Shown: piece after piece, positions 54,629-63,199 of the stretch
How the letters are laid out: every line of letters starts with the position of its first letter
How positions within the stretch are numbered: the first letter of the stretch is position 1
Source of the DNA: Candidatus Eiseniibacteriota bacterium
GTDB taxonomy: Bacteria > Eisenbacteria > RBG-16-71-46 > SZUA-252
Length of the DNA: 64,000 nt
Assembly: GCA_036380835.1 (NCBI GenBank)
Contig: DASVDZ010000031.1
Span: 14,574 to 78,573, forward strand
Direction of reading: 5' to 3'
Notes under the pieces: generated by a model
Seen by the model: only the letters and a program-made list of their open reading frames with translations
Told to the model about the DNA's origin: nothing
The model's database searches: none
Program-made: the position numbers and the translations under genes

Positions 54629-55345
54629 ATGCTCTTGACGGTCTACGTCACCCTGGTGGTCGCCGCGGGAGGGCTCGCGATGTGGGCGGCGGGCGCTCCC
54701 GACCCCACCATGGGCGTCCTCCCCCTTCTCTTCTGGTTCCTCGCGAACCTGCTCGGCGAGGTGCTCTGGCTGCCGGCCCCGAAGGGGCGCGGCTACCTGA
54801 GCATGGCGAACGCCGCGAACGTGGCGACGCTGATCCTCCTGCCGCCGTCCACGGCGGTGGTCGTCTGCGCCGTCGCGGGGCTCACGGCCGATCTCGTCTT
54901 CCGGCGCCGCGCCTGGTATCAGGGCCTCTTCAACTTCGGCATGTGCGCGAGCACGGTCTTCGTGGCGGCGCTCGTCTTCCGCGCGGCCGGCGGCGTGAGC
55001 GCCGACGTCGACGATCTCCTGATGCCGACCAACGCGGCCCCGCTCTTCCTGATGGGGCTCACGTACTTCATGGTCAACACGGGCCTCGTCGCGGGCGTGG
55101 TCGCGCTCAACTCGGGCGGCTCCGTGCGCGAGGTCTGGAAGACGAGCTTCGCCTTCCCCTACGAGCTGGTCGGGGCGCTGGTGCTGAACCTCCTCGGCTA
55201 CCTCTTCGCGATCCTCTTCCTGACGTGGGGCTACATGAGCGCCTTCGTCGCGGTGATCGCGACCTACTTCATCCGCGATGCGTACGTTCGCTACGTCCGC
55301 GACGCCAAAGCCGCCGAGCCTCCCGCGATGGACGACGCGGCGTGA
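54629..55345 (+). CDS. polytopic integral membrane protein (6-7 TM), unknown function
   Basis: An SD GAAGGGGCGAGGAG is present. The protein is hydrophobic throughout. No family was assigned. Confidence 0.55.
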   Translation: MLLTVYVTLVVAAGGLAMWAAGAPDPTMGVLPLLFWFLANLLGEVLWLPAPKGRGYLSMANAANVATLILLPPSTAVVVCAVAGLTADLVFRRRAWYQGLFNFGMCASTVFVAALVFRAAGGVSADVDDLLMPTNAAPLFLMGLTYFMVNTGLVAGVVALNSGGSVREVWKTSFAFPYELVGALVLNLLGYLFAILFLTWGYMSAFVAVIATYFIRDAYVRYVRDAKAAEPPAMDDAA

Positions 55346-55359
55346 GAGAGGAGATCTCG

Positions 55360-56037
55360 ATGACGGGACGCGGAGGACGTAGCTGGAAGCGGGTCTGCGC
55401 GACGGTCGTGGCGGTCGTGGCGACGCTCGCCCTGACGGGCTGCGGCGACACGCTCCTCGGCCCCGCCTCGGGCCCGGGCACGCCCGCGCCGCCGAGCGGC
55501 CCCGAGGTCCTCTTCGTCCGCGCCGATGGAACCTTCGGCTTCATGCCGGCGTCGGTGGCGGCGCTCCGGTCGGACGTGCTGACCACGACCGACCGTTCGC
55601 TCATGGTCTCGCAGAAGGTCGACGGCGCGGTCGGAGGGATGCTCCGCTGCGGCCGGTTCCTGCTCCACGTTCCGGCGGGCGCGTTCGACGGCACGGGCAC
55701 CGTGTCGATGCTGATGCGCGACTCCACCGTGATGGTCGTCGATCTCGAGGTGTCGCCGGCCGAGCTGAACGGCTTCCAGGTGCCGGTCACGCTGGCGGTG
55801 AACACGACCGGAACGGACGTGTCGTCCGACACGCTGTCGATCTACTGGTACGACCCGGAGAAGGCCGACTGGACCGGCTTGGCGTGCGATTCGGATCTGT
55901 CGACCGACGCCACCCTGCTCGAGACGATCACCGAGACGACCCTTTCGCCGCTCGAGGGGACCGACACCACGACCAAGGGGCTGATGACCCCGCTGGTCCA
56001 CTTCTCCCGTTATTCGGCCGGAAAGGCAGGCTGGTAG
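55360..56037 (+). CDS. lipoprotein, unknown function
   Basis: An SD GAGAGGAG is present. The signal peptide is KRVCATVVAVVATLALTGCG (lipobox LTGC). It lies 15 bp after the preceding membrane-protein gene. Confidence 0.6.
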   Translation: MTGRGGRSWKRVCATVVAVVATLALTGCGDTLLGPASGPGTPAPPSGPEVLFVRADGTFGFMPASVAALRSDVLTTTDRSLMVSQKVDGAVGGMLRCGRFLLHVPAGAFDGTGTVSMLMRDSTVMVVDLEVSPAELNGFQVPVTLAVNTTGTDVSSDTLSIYWYDPEKADWTGLACDSDLSTDATLLETITETTLSPLEGTDTTTKGLMTPLVHFSRYSAGKAGW

Positions 56038-56255
56038 CGTCTTCCTCTACCTTCGTCCCCCTTCCGAAGGACTGACGGCAGGCGCACCGGCCGGCGGGCC
56101 GCCGCGGATCTCCGCGGCGGCCTCGCCATTCCCGCCTCCCTCTTGACCCACCGTGCCCCCGCGCCCCGCACTGCCCCGTTGCGCCGGGGCGGGGCGGCCG
56201 ATATCCTCACGGACTCTCGACATTCGCGCCAAGGCGCGCAACGACCGGAGGGGCC

Positions 56256-57422
56256 ATGCAGAAGTTCGACGGCGTCGATTTCATGGAGGTCGACGGCCTG
56301 TTCAGCGAGGAAGAGATCGCCGTCCGGGACACGATCCGCGAGTTCGTGACCGACCGCGTCATCCCGATCATCGAGAAGCACAACCGCGAGGGCACCTTTC
56401 CCGCCCACCTGATCCCCGAGATGGCCGCCCTCGGGGTCTACGGCGCGAACATCAACGGCTACGGCTGCCCCGGTCTCAACAACGTGGCGTACGGGCTGAT
56501 CATGCAGGAGTTGGAGCGCGGCGACAGCGGGCTCCGCTCGTTCGTCTCGGTCCAGGGCGGGCTCTGCATGTACCCCATCCTCGCGTACGGCTCCGACGCC
56601 CAGAAGAACAAGTACCTCCCGGAGATGGCGAAGGGGAACGTGATCGGGTGCTTCGGGCTGACCGAGGCCGACTTCGGCTCGAACCCGAGCGGCATGATCA
56701 CCACCGCGCGGAAGGACGGGAACGGCTACGTCCTGAACGGCAGCAAGATGTGGATCACGAACGGCGGCGTGGCCCACATCGCGATCGTCTGGGCCAAGCT
56801 CGAAGGAAGGATCCGCGGCTTCATCGTGGAGAAGGGCACGCCCGGATACTCGACGCGCGACATCCACGGCAAGTTCTCCCTGCGCGCCTCGGTCACGTCG
56901 GAGCTCTCGTTCCAGGACTGCCGGATCCCCGCGGAGAACATCCTGCCGAACGTGGACGGGCTGAAGGGCCCGCTCGGCTGCCTCAACCAGGCGCGCTACG
57001 GGATCGCGTGGGGCGGCGTCGGCGCGGCCATGGCCTGCTACCACGAGGCGCTCCACTACGCGAAGACGCGCGTCCAGTTCGACCGGCCGATCGCCGGGTT
57101 CCAGCTCGTCCAGAACAAGCTGGCCTGGATGATCCGCGAGATCACCAAGGCGCAGCTCCTCGTGCTCCACCTGGGGCGGCTCAAGGACCAGGACAAGGTC
57201 AAGCCGCACCACATCTCGCTCGGCAAGATGAACAACATCGACGTGGCGCTCCGGTGCGCGCGCATGGCGCGCGACATCCTGGGCGCGAGCGGCATCACCG
57301 ACGAGTACCAGTGCGGCCGCCACCTCTGCAATCTCGAGTCGGTCTACACGTACGAGGGGACGCACGACATCCACAACCTGATCATCGGCGAGGCCGCGAC
57401 GGGGATTCCGGCCTACAAGTAA
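56256..57422 (+). CDS. gcdH: glutaryl-CoA dehydrogenase (acyl-CoA dehydrogenase family)
   Basis: The ACAD fold is colinear with GCDH. Motifs: GCFGLTEADFGSNPSGMITTARKDGNGYVLNGSKMWITNG and YTYEGTHDIHNLIIG. Confidence 0.82.
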   Translation: MQKFDGVDFMEVDGLFSEEEIAVRDTIREFVTDRVIPIIEKHNREGTFPAHLIPEMAALGVYGANINGYGCPGLNNVAYGLIMQELERGDSGLRSFVSVQGGLCMYPILAYGSDAQKNKYLPEMAKGNVIGCFGLTEADFGSNPSGMITTARKDGNGYVLNGSKMWITNGGVAHIAIVWAKLEGRIRGFIVEKGTPGYSTRDIHGKFSLRASVTSELSFQDCRIPAENILPNVDGLKGPLGCLNQARYGIAWGGVGAAMACYHEALHYAKTRVQFDRPIAGFQLVQNKLAWMIREITKAQLLVLHLGRLKDQDKVKPHHISLGKMNNIDVALRCARMARDILGASGITDEYQCGRHLCNLESVYTYEGTHDIHNLIIGEAATGIPAYK

Positions 57423-58684
57423 TCCGCCGCCGCCCGCTTTCCAGCGTGCGAGAAGCGCGGTTCCTTGAGGCGGGAGACGACCAGGTAGAGGGCCACGATC
57501 GCGGCGGCCAGGCCGGCCAGCGCGACGGGGTGGAAGCCGAATCGGTCGATGAACGCGCCGGAGGACCCGGCGACGACCGCGGTGATGGGCGCCACCAGCG
57601 CCGGAATGATCCCCAGGTAGGCGGTGTTGTCCTCGTGCGGGCTGAACGCCATGGAGAGGTTGTAGAGGGCGAGGCGATCCGCCACGATGAAGACGCCGAG
57701 GGCGAACGCGGTCGCGTAGTAGAAGGCCGTGCTCGTCCCCCACACCGCGAAGCCGAGCCCCGCGGTCAGCGCGGCGAGCGCGATCACCGCCACCTTCGTG
57801 TACCCGAACCGATCCCCGACGACGCCCGTCAGGACGCTCCCGAGCATCGACCCTCCCATGCAGACCGCGGTAAAGAGGGCCGACTCGCGCGCCTTGAGGC
57901 CGAAGCGCGCCTGCGCGTAGATCGGGTAGTACGTGGCGAGCAGGTAGCTCCCCGTGGACAGGATCAGCGCGCCGAGGTAGATCCGGATGCCGCCCCGGTC
58001 GGACAGGATCTCGCGCGTGTGCCGCCGGATCGTCGAGAGCGCCGGCCCCGGCTCGGACACGGCCCCCTCCTCCTCGGCGACGGGGACGAAGAACAGCGCG
58101 CCGGCCGCCATGCAGATCGCGGCGACGAAGAAGCCGAGCGCGTAGTTCGCGGGGAACGCGAGCCCCCCGCCGATCACCCGGCTCCCCACCCAGCCGCCGA
58201 TGGCGCCCATGAGCGTCTGGAAGAAGAAGATGGTGCCGAACGATCGGGCGCGTAGCTCGGGACGCGTCACCTTGCCGATGAAGTTGATCCAGACCGGGAT
58301 CGTGAGCCCCATCCAAACCCAGGCGCCGCCCCACGCGAGGAGGAACACGAGGATCGCCGTCTCCGCGTGATGCGGCCCGAAGAGGCCGAAGTAGGCCGCG
58401 AGGAAGAGCCAGGGGATCGCCGCGACCACGTGGAGGAGGATCACCGCGCGCTTCCGGTGGGTGAGGCGCCCGGTCAGGTGCGCCGCGAAGACGCCGGGGA
58501 TCGCGTTCGAGAGGATCCAGATGACGGGGAGGACGCCGATCACGGCGTTGCTCGCGCCGAGCTGGGTCAGGAAGACGGGGAGGATCGCCACCATCGAGAT
58601 GAGGGCGAGCGACACGCCCCAGAAGACCTCGACGGAGAGGATCCACCCCACGTTCCGCCAGTGGCGCGCGAGCGGAAGGGTCAC
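57413..58684 (-). CDS. MFS transporter
   Basis: It has 12 TM. Motifs: GRLTHRKRAV and GVVGDRFG (MFS loop motifs). Its start overlaps the rarA stop (ATGA). Confidence 0.8.
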   Translation of the reverse strand: MTLPLARHWRNVGWILSVEVFWGVSLALISMVAILPVFLTQLGASNAVIGVLPVIWILSNAIPGVFAAHLTGRLTHRKRAVILLHVVAAIPWLFLAAYFGLFGPHHAETAILVFLLAWGGAWVWMGLTIPVWINFIGKVTRPELRARSFGTIFFFQTLMGAIGGWVGSRVIGGGLAFPANYALGFFVAAICMAAGALFFVPVAEEEGAVSEPGPALSTIRRHTREILSDRGGIRIYLGALILSTGSYLLATYYPIYAQARFGLKARESALFTAVCMGGSMLGSVLTGVVGDRFGYTKVAVIALAALTAGLGFAVWGTSTAFYYATAFALGVFIVADRLALYNLSMAFSPHEDNTAYLGIIPALVAPITAVVAGSSGAFIDRFGFHPVALAGLAAAIVALYLVVSRLKEPRFSHAGKRAAADYL

Positions 58685-60042
58685 GCGCCGGGGGTCCCCT
58701 TCCCGCGTCGCTTCGCCTTCTCGGCCCGGATCCGCTCCAGCCGCTCCGCCAACTCTTTCTCCGCGCCGCGTGGGACGCCTCGCCAGTAGCGCGCCTCACC
58801 CAGCTCCTCGGGGAGGTAGCTCTGCGTGTCGATTGCGTCCTCGAGCTGGTGCGCGTACTGGTACCCCGCGCCGTAGCCGAGGTCCTTCATGAGCCGGGTC
58901 GGCGCGTTCCGGATGTGGAGCGGCACGGGGTAGGGCGGCTTCTCCCGCGCGTCCCGCGACGCGGCCTCGTACCCGACGTAGACGGAGTTGCTCTTCGGCG
59001 CGAGCGCGAGCGCCACGACGAGCTGCGCCAAGGCCGTGTTGCACTCCGGCATCCCGAGGAAGTGGACGGCGTCCTTGACCGCGATCGCGAGGCGGAGCGC
59101 CTCCGGGTCGGCGAGCCCCACGTCCTCGGAGGCGAAGCGGACGAGGCGCCGCGCCACGTACATCGGGTCCTCGCCCGCCTCGAGCATCCGCGCGAGCCAG
59201 TAGAGTCCCGCGTCGGGGTCGCTCCCGCGGAGCGCCTTGTGGAGCGCGGAGATGATGTTGTAGTGCTCCTCGCCGACCCGGTCGTACGGGAGGACGCGCC
59301 GCTGCGCCGCCTCGCGCACGTCCTCCGGCGCGAGCGCCGCGGGCTTCCGCCGCGCCGCGAGGCCGGCGGCGATCTCGAGCGTCTGGAGCGCGATCCGCGC
59401 GTCGCCTCCGGAGATCGACGCGATGAGCCGGAGCACCGGCTCCTCGGCGGTCACGCCGGATCTCCCAAGGCCGCGTTCCCCGTCCTCGAGCGCGCGGCGG
59501 AGGATCCGCTCGAGCGCCTCCTCCGGCAGCATGCCGAGCACGATCACCTTCATCCGGGAGAGGAGCGCGTTGTTCACCTCGAAGGAGGGATTCTCGGTGG
59601 TCGCGCCGATCAGGACGATCGTCCCGTCCTCGACGTGGGGCAGGAACGCGTCCTGCTGCGCCTTGTTGAAGCGGTGGATCTCGTCGACGAAGAGGATGGT
59701 GGCGGCGCCGGTCGCGCGCCGGGCCGCCCGCGCCCGCTCGATGACCTCGCGCACCTCCTTCACGCCGGAGGTGACGGCGCTGAACTGCTCGAAGGCGGCG
59801 CCGCTCGCCTCGGCGAGGAGCCGGGCGAGCGTCGTCTTCCCGCAGCCGGGAGGGCCCCAGAAGATCAGCGAGGGGACGTCGCGCCGCTTGACCGCGTTCC
59901 CGAGCAGCGTGTCGGGGCCCAGGAGCGATTCGCGCCCCTCGAACTCCTCGAACGACTTCGGCCGCATCCGGTCGGCGAGCGGCACCCTCGCCTTGGGGCG
60001 GCGCCCGCGCTCCTCCGGGAAGAGGTCGAGGGAATCACCCAT
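58681..60042 (-). CDS. rarA: replication-associated recombination protein A (AAA+ ATPase, MgsA/RarA)
   Basis: Motifs: the Walker A LIFWGPPGCGKTT, ILFVDEIHRFNKAQQDAFLP and GATTENPSFEVNNALLSR. Confidence 0.9.
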   Translation of the reverse strand: MGDSLDLFPEERGRRPKARVPLADRMRPKSFEEFEGRESLLGPDTLLGNAVKRRDVPSLIFWGPPGCGKTTLARLLAEASGAAFEQFSAVTSGVKEVREVIERARAARRATGAATILFVDEIHRFNKAQQDAFLPHVEDGTIVLIGATTENPSFEVNNALLSRMKVIVLGMLPEEALERILRRALEDGERGLGRSGVTAEEPVLRLIASISGGDARIALQTLEIAAGLAARRKPAALAPEDVREAAQRRVLPYDRVGEEHYNIISALHKALRGSDPDAGLYWLARMLEAGEDPMYVARRLVRFASEDVGLADPEALRLAIAVKDAVHFLGMPECNTALAQLVVALALAPKSNSVYVGYEAASRDAREKPPYPVPLHIRNAPTRLMKDLGYGAGYQYAHQLEDAIDTQSYLPEELGEARYWRGVPRGAEKELAERLERIRAEKAKRRGKGTPGA

Positions 60043-60154
60043 GGGGTCGCACCGGCGCCGCCGCGCTCAACCCGGCAGGAACGTGAGGACCACCGCCGTC
60101 TTCACGTGGGCGGCGGCGTTCCCTTCCGCGTGGCGGGGCTCCACGGTCCGTCCC

Positions 60155-60469
60155 TCAACCCCGGTCGGCGCCGCTGGCGCGAGGGGCCGACGGCTCCGTC
60201 TGGCCACCCCCCACGTCGACGAACGGAACGTCCACCGCGTCCTCCCGATCGAGACGGGCGCGCGCTGAACGGCGTGGCACGGCGCGCCCCTGGACGCGGC
60301 CCTGCGCGCCCGGGGCGCCGGCGGAGCGGGACGAGTCGGCGGAGCCGGAACCGGACGGGCCCGGCGGGCCGGAAGAGCGGGACGCCGGCCCGAACGCCCG
60401 TCGCCAGAAGTCAACGGCGAGGCGCATCGCGAGCAGGAGGAGCAGGAAGCGAAGCAGGAAGCGAAACAT
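60155..60469 (-). CDS. small membrane-anchored protein, hypothetical
   Basis: An ATG with an upstream GGAGAGG. It encodes MFRFLLRFLLLLLAMRLAVDFWRR followed by a Ser/Pro/Gly-rich tail. GC3 is high. It lies upstream of rarA on the same strand. Confidence 0.3.
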   Translation of the reverse strand: MFRFLLRFLLLLLAMRLAVDFWRRAFGPASRSSGPPGPSGSGSADSSRSAGAPGAQGRVQGRAVPRRSARARLDREDAVDVPFVDVGGGQTEPSAPRASGADRG

Positions 60470-60515
60470 CGGCCTCTCCCTCGGAGCGTTCCGCCCCGGC
60501 ATGGCGCGATCCCGT

Positions 60516-61088
60516 CTATCGGGCCGCGGGCACCCGGAGGACCTTGAGCGCGCGCGCGGTCAGCTCGGCGAGCGGGAGCTGGTTCAGCTCCGCGACTCCC
60601 TTCAGAACGGCGATCCGCCGCTCCACCAGTTGATCCTCGCGCTTGGCGGCGAAGAAGGTTCCCTTGTTCGTGAGCACGTCGCGCTCGAAGAAGGTCGGCA
60701 TCGGATAGTCGTCCCGCTCGTGCGGCGGGATGTGCTTCTCGAGGAGGTAGCGGCGCTCGGAGGTCTCTTCGGGCGGCATCGGCTCGTCGGCCGGCAGCGC
60801 CTCCACCACCTGGTACGAGCGGAGCCCGAGCAGCTCGCGCCAGATCTCGACGCTGGCGATTCCGCCGCCGGGCGTCGCGTGGAACGTGAAGAAGGGCTCG
60901 ATCTCGCGCGCGAACCCAGTCTCGTCGCCGAGGATCGCCGCGAGGCGCGTGAGGCGCGAGAGCCCGCGGATTCCGATCACGTCCGGCACCGCGCGCGTGT
61001 CCGCGTACCAGAAGAGGAGCATCAGGAAGTCGCCCCTCGAGAGGCGTCCCTGCGCGGCGATGTTGGCGTGCGGGATTCCACTGCTCAC
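60516..61088 (-). CDS. hypothetical protein (190 aa), co-transcribed with DUF4097 lipoprotein
   Basis: It lies 16 bp downstream of the DUF4097 gene and has a protein-like composition (LLFWYADTRAVPDVIGIRGL...). No family was recognised. Confidence 0.5.
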   Translation of the reverse strand: MSSGIPHANIAAQGRLSRGDFLMLLFWYADTRAVPDVIGIRGLSRLTRLAAILGDETGFAREIEPFFTFHATPGGGIASVEIWRELLGLRSYQVVEALPADEPMPPEETSERRYLLEKHIPPHERDDYPMPTFFERDVLTNKGTFFAAKREDQLVERRIAVLKGVAELNQLPLAELTARALKVLRVPAAR

Positions 61089-61104
61089 GAACGTTCCTCC
61101 TGGT

Positions 61105-62010
61105 TCAGCGAGCCCGGGCCGGCGGCGCGGGCGAGAGATCGACGTTGCCGTTGGTCGTCTGCAGCGAGACGCGCGCCCCGCCGCCCCCGATAGTACCGCG
61201 AATCGACTTCGTTGTGAGCCGCCCCTGGCTCACGACGGGAAAGTCGAGGTTCACCTTGCCGTTCGTCGTGGTGGCCTCGACGGTCGCGGCGACGTCTTTC
61301 GGGAGCCGGACGTCGACGTCGCCGTTCGTCGTCTGAAGATTGACGACGCCTCCCTTCGGGAGCGAGGCTACGTCGGCGGTCACGCCGCCGTTCGTGGTGC
61401 GCGCGATCGCCGATCCCGAGATCCCCGTGAGGCGGACCTCCCCGTTCGTGGTCCGGACGTCCGCCGGGCCGGCCGCCCCGGTCAGCTCCACGTCTCCGTT
61501 CACCGTCAGCGCGTTCACGGTTCCCAAAGCGCCGCGGATCCGGATCTCCCCGTTCGAGGTTCTCAAGTTGAGTGAAGATTGCTTCGGAACTTGCAGGTAA
61601 TAATGAACATTCAGGGCCTCGACCTTGTGAACCAAGATGGCCCAGATGCCGATCTCCTCGTGACGCTTGGGATAGCGGCTGGTGAGCCGGATCGAGGCCG
61701 GCGACGTGTCGACGTCGACCATCAGGCCGCGCATCAGCTCGGCGGCGCGCTTCTCGTCGTCGGCCCGAATGACCCGCGTGATCTGGACCCGGACGTCCGG
61801 CCGGTCCCACGCTTCGACGACGATCCGGCCGTTCTGGCTCTTCACCACGACCTGGCCGCCCGGGTCGAGCGGGAAGACGCGTTCGCTGACATTTCGGACC
61901 TCGGCGGCCCGCGCCCCGGGGGCGCAGCCGGAGGCGGCGAACAACCCCGCGAGCCCGGCGCCGAGCAGCGCGCGCCAGGCCGGGTAGGCGCTTCGAACGT
62001 GCTGATTCAT
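61105..62010 (-). CDS. DUF4097-type beta-helical repeat lipoprotein (putative adhesin/LiaG-YvlB-like)
   Basis: The signal peptide ends LFAASGC. There are seven TxNG(D/E/K/N)(V/I) repeats: TSNGEIRI, TVNGDVEL, TTNGEVRL, TTNGGVTA, TTNGDVDV, TTNGKVNL and TTNGNVDL. Confidence 0.7.
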   Translation of the reverse strand: MNQHVRSAYPAWRALLGAGLAGLFAASGCAPGARAAEVRNVSERVFPLDPGGQVVVKSQNGRIVVEAWDRPDVRVQITRVIRADDEKRAAELMRGLMVDVDTSPASIRLTSRYPKRHEEIGIWAILVHKVEALNVHYYLQVPKQSSLNLRTSNGEIRIRGALGTVNALTVNGDVELTGAAGPADVRTTNGEVRLTGISGSAIARTTNGGVTADVASLPKGGVVNLQTTNGDVDVRLPKDVAATVEATTTNGKVNLDFPVVSQGRLTTKSIRGTIGGGGARVSLQTTNGNVDLSPAPPARAR

Positions 62011-62086
62011 GTCATCCTCCTGAGGGGCGCCCGGACAAGGGATTCTCTTGCCCTTACTACGCTTCCGGGCCCCCGGAAGGTTTCGG

Positions 62087-63172
62087 TCAGACGCTGAAGC
62101 GGATGTTCAGGATGTCGCCGTCCCGCACTCTATAATCCCGCCCCTCGGTCCGCAAGAGCCCCATCTCCCGGGCCTTGGCCATGGTGCCGGCGCGGATGAG
62201 GTCGTCGTAGGCGATCACCTCGGCGCGGATGAAGCCCCGCTCGAGGTCGCTGTGGATCTCCCCCGCGGCCTCGGGGGCCAGGGCGCCATCCCGGACGGTC
62301 CAGGCGCGGACCTCGTCCGGGCCCACCGTGAAGAAGGAGACGAGCCCCAGCGTCGCGTAGGAGAGGCGGATCATCCGGGTGAGCCCCGGCTCGGCGATCC
62401 CGAGCACGCCCATGAACTCGCGCGCCTCCTCCTCCGGCAGGGCGACCAGCTCGGCCTCGGTCTTCGCGGACAGGGCGATCACCGGGGGCCGCGGCTCGGA
62501 GAAGCGCGCCGCCACCGGGGCGGTGAGCGTTTCCTCCCCCCGCTTGAGCGCCGCGTCGTCGCCGTTCACCACGACGATCCAGGGACGCATCGTCAGGAGC
62601 TGGAAGCCTCGAAGCGACCGCTCCTCCGGCGCGCCCAGCGACGCGGCGCGCGCGGGGCGTTCCGCCTCGAGCGCCTCCCTTACCCGCTTCAAGGCCTCGT
62701 ATTCGTGCGGGTCCTCGGGCTTCTTCCCCACCTTGACCGCCTTTTCGATCCGCTCGAGCCGCCGCTCGATCACCGCGAGGTCCTCGAGGAGCAGCTCGCT
62801 CGCGAGCCAGCCCGCGTCGCGCCCCGGATCGACCCGCTCCATGAAGTGCGGCACCGAGGGATCGTCGAAGGCACGGATCACGAGGACGAAGGCGTCCACG
62901 TCGCGAAGCGCGGTCAAGGACGCGAGGGCGCCGCGCTCGACCCGGCCCGCCGTCTCGAGAGGCGGCGCGTCCACGTAGTCGACCTTCGCGGGCGTGAACT
63001 TCTTGGGCTCGTAGAGATCGCGGAGTCGATCCAGGCGGGCGTCGGGCACCTTGACCGATCCCAGGTGGATCTTCTCGCCGCGCGCCGAGCCGGACGCCGC
63101 CTCGCCCCGGGTCAGCGCCGCGAAGAGCGTGGTCTTCCCGCTCTGGGGCGGGCCCAGGATTCCGAGCTTCAT
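62087..63172 (-). CDS. ychF: ribosome-binding ATPase YchF (Obg-family P-loop NTPase with C-terminal TGS domain)
   Basis: Motifs: MKLGILGPPQSGKTTLFAALT and DYVDAPP. The C-terminal TGS domain reads EGRDYRVRDGDILNIRFSV. Confidence 0.85.
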   Translation of the reverse strand: MKLGILGPPQSGKTTLFAALTRGEAASGSARGEKIHLGSVKVPDARLDRLRDLYEPKKFTPAKVDYVDAPPLETAGRVERGALASLTALRDVDAFVLVIRAFDDPSVPHFMERVDPGRDAGWLASELLLEDLAVIERRLERIEKAVKVGKKPEDPHEYEALKRVREALEAERPARAASLGAPEERSLRGFQLLTMRPWIVVVNGDDAALKRGEETLTAPVAARFSEPRPPVIALSAKTEAELVALPEEEAREFMGVLGIAEPGLTRMIRLSYATLGLVSFFTVGPDEVRAWTVRDGALAPEAAGEIHSDLERGFIRAEVIAYDDLIRAGTMAKAREMGLLRTEGRDYRVRDGDILNIRFSV

Positions 63173-63199
63173 CGGTGGGGATTCAGTCCGTGCGGCGGG

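Noticed and set aside
56125-56150. Perfect 12-bp-arm palindrome GGCCGCCGCGGA tc TCCGCGGCGGCC downstream of the lipoprotein gene, considered as a terminator
   Set aside because: There is no U-tract on either strand. It could be a protein-binding palindrome or Rho-dependent context, but the evidence is insufficient to call a feature.
62087-63172. ychF P-loop GPPQSGKT deviating from the usual GLPNVGKS, considered as a possible inactive paralog
   Set aside because: It still satisfies the GxxxxGK[ST] Walker A motif, and the rest of the protein, including the TGS domain, is colinear with YchF. It is treated as normal lineage variation.
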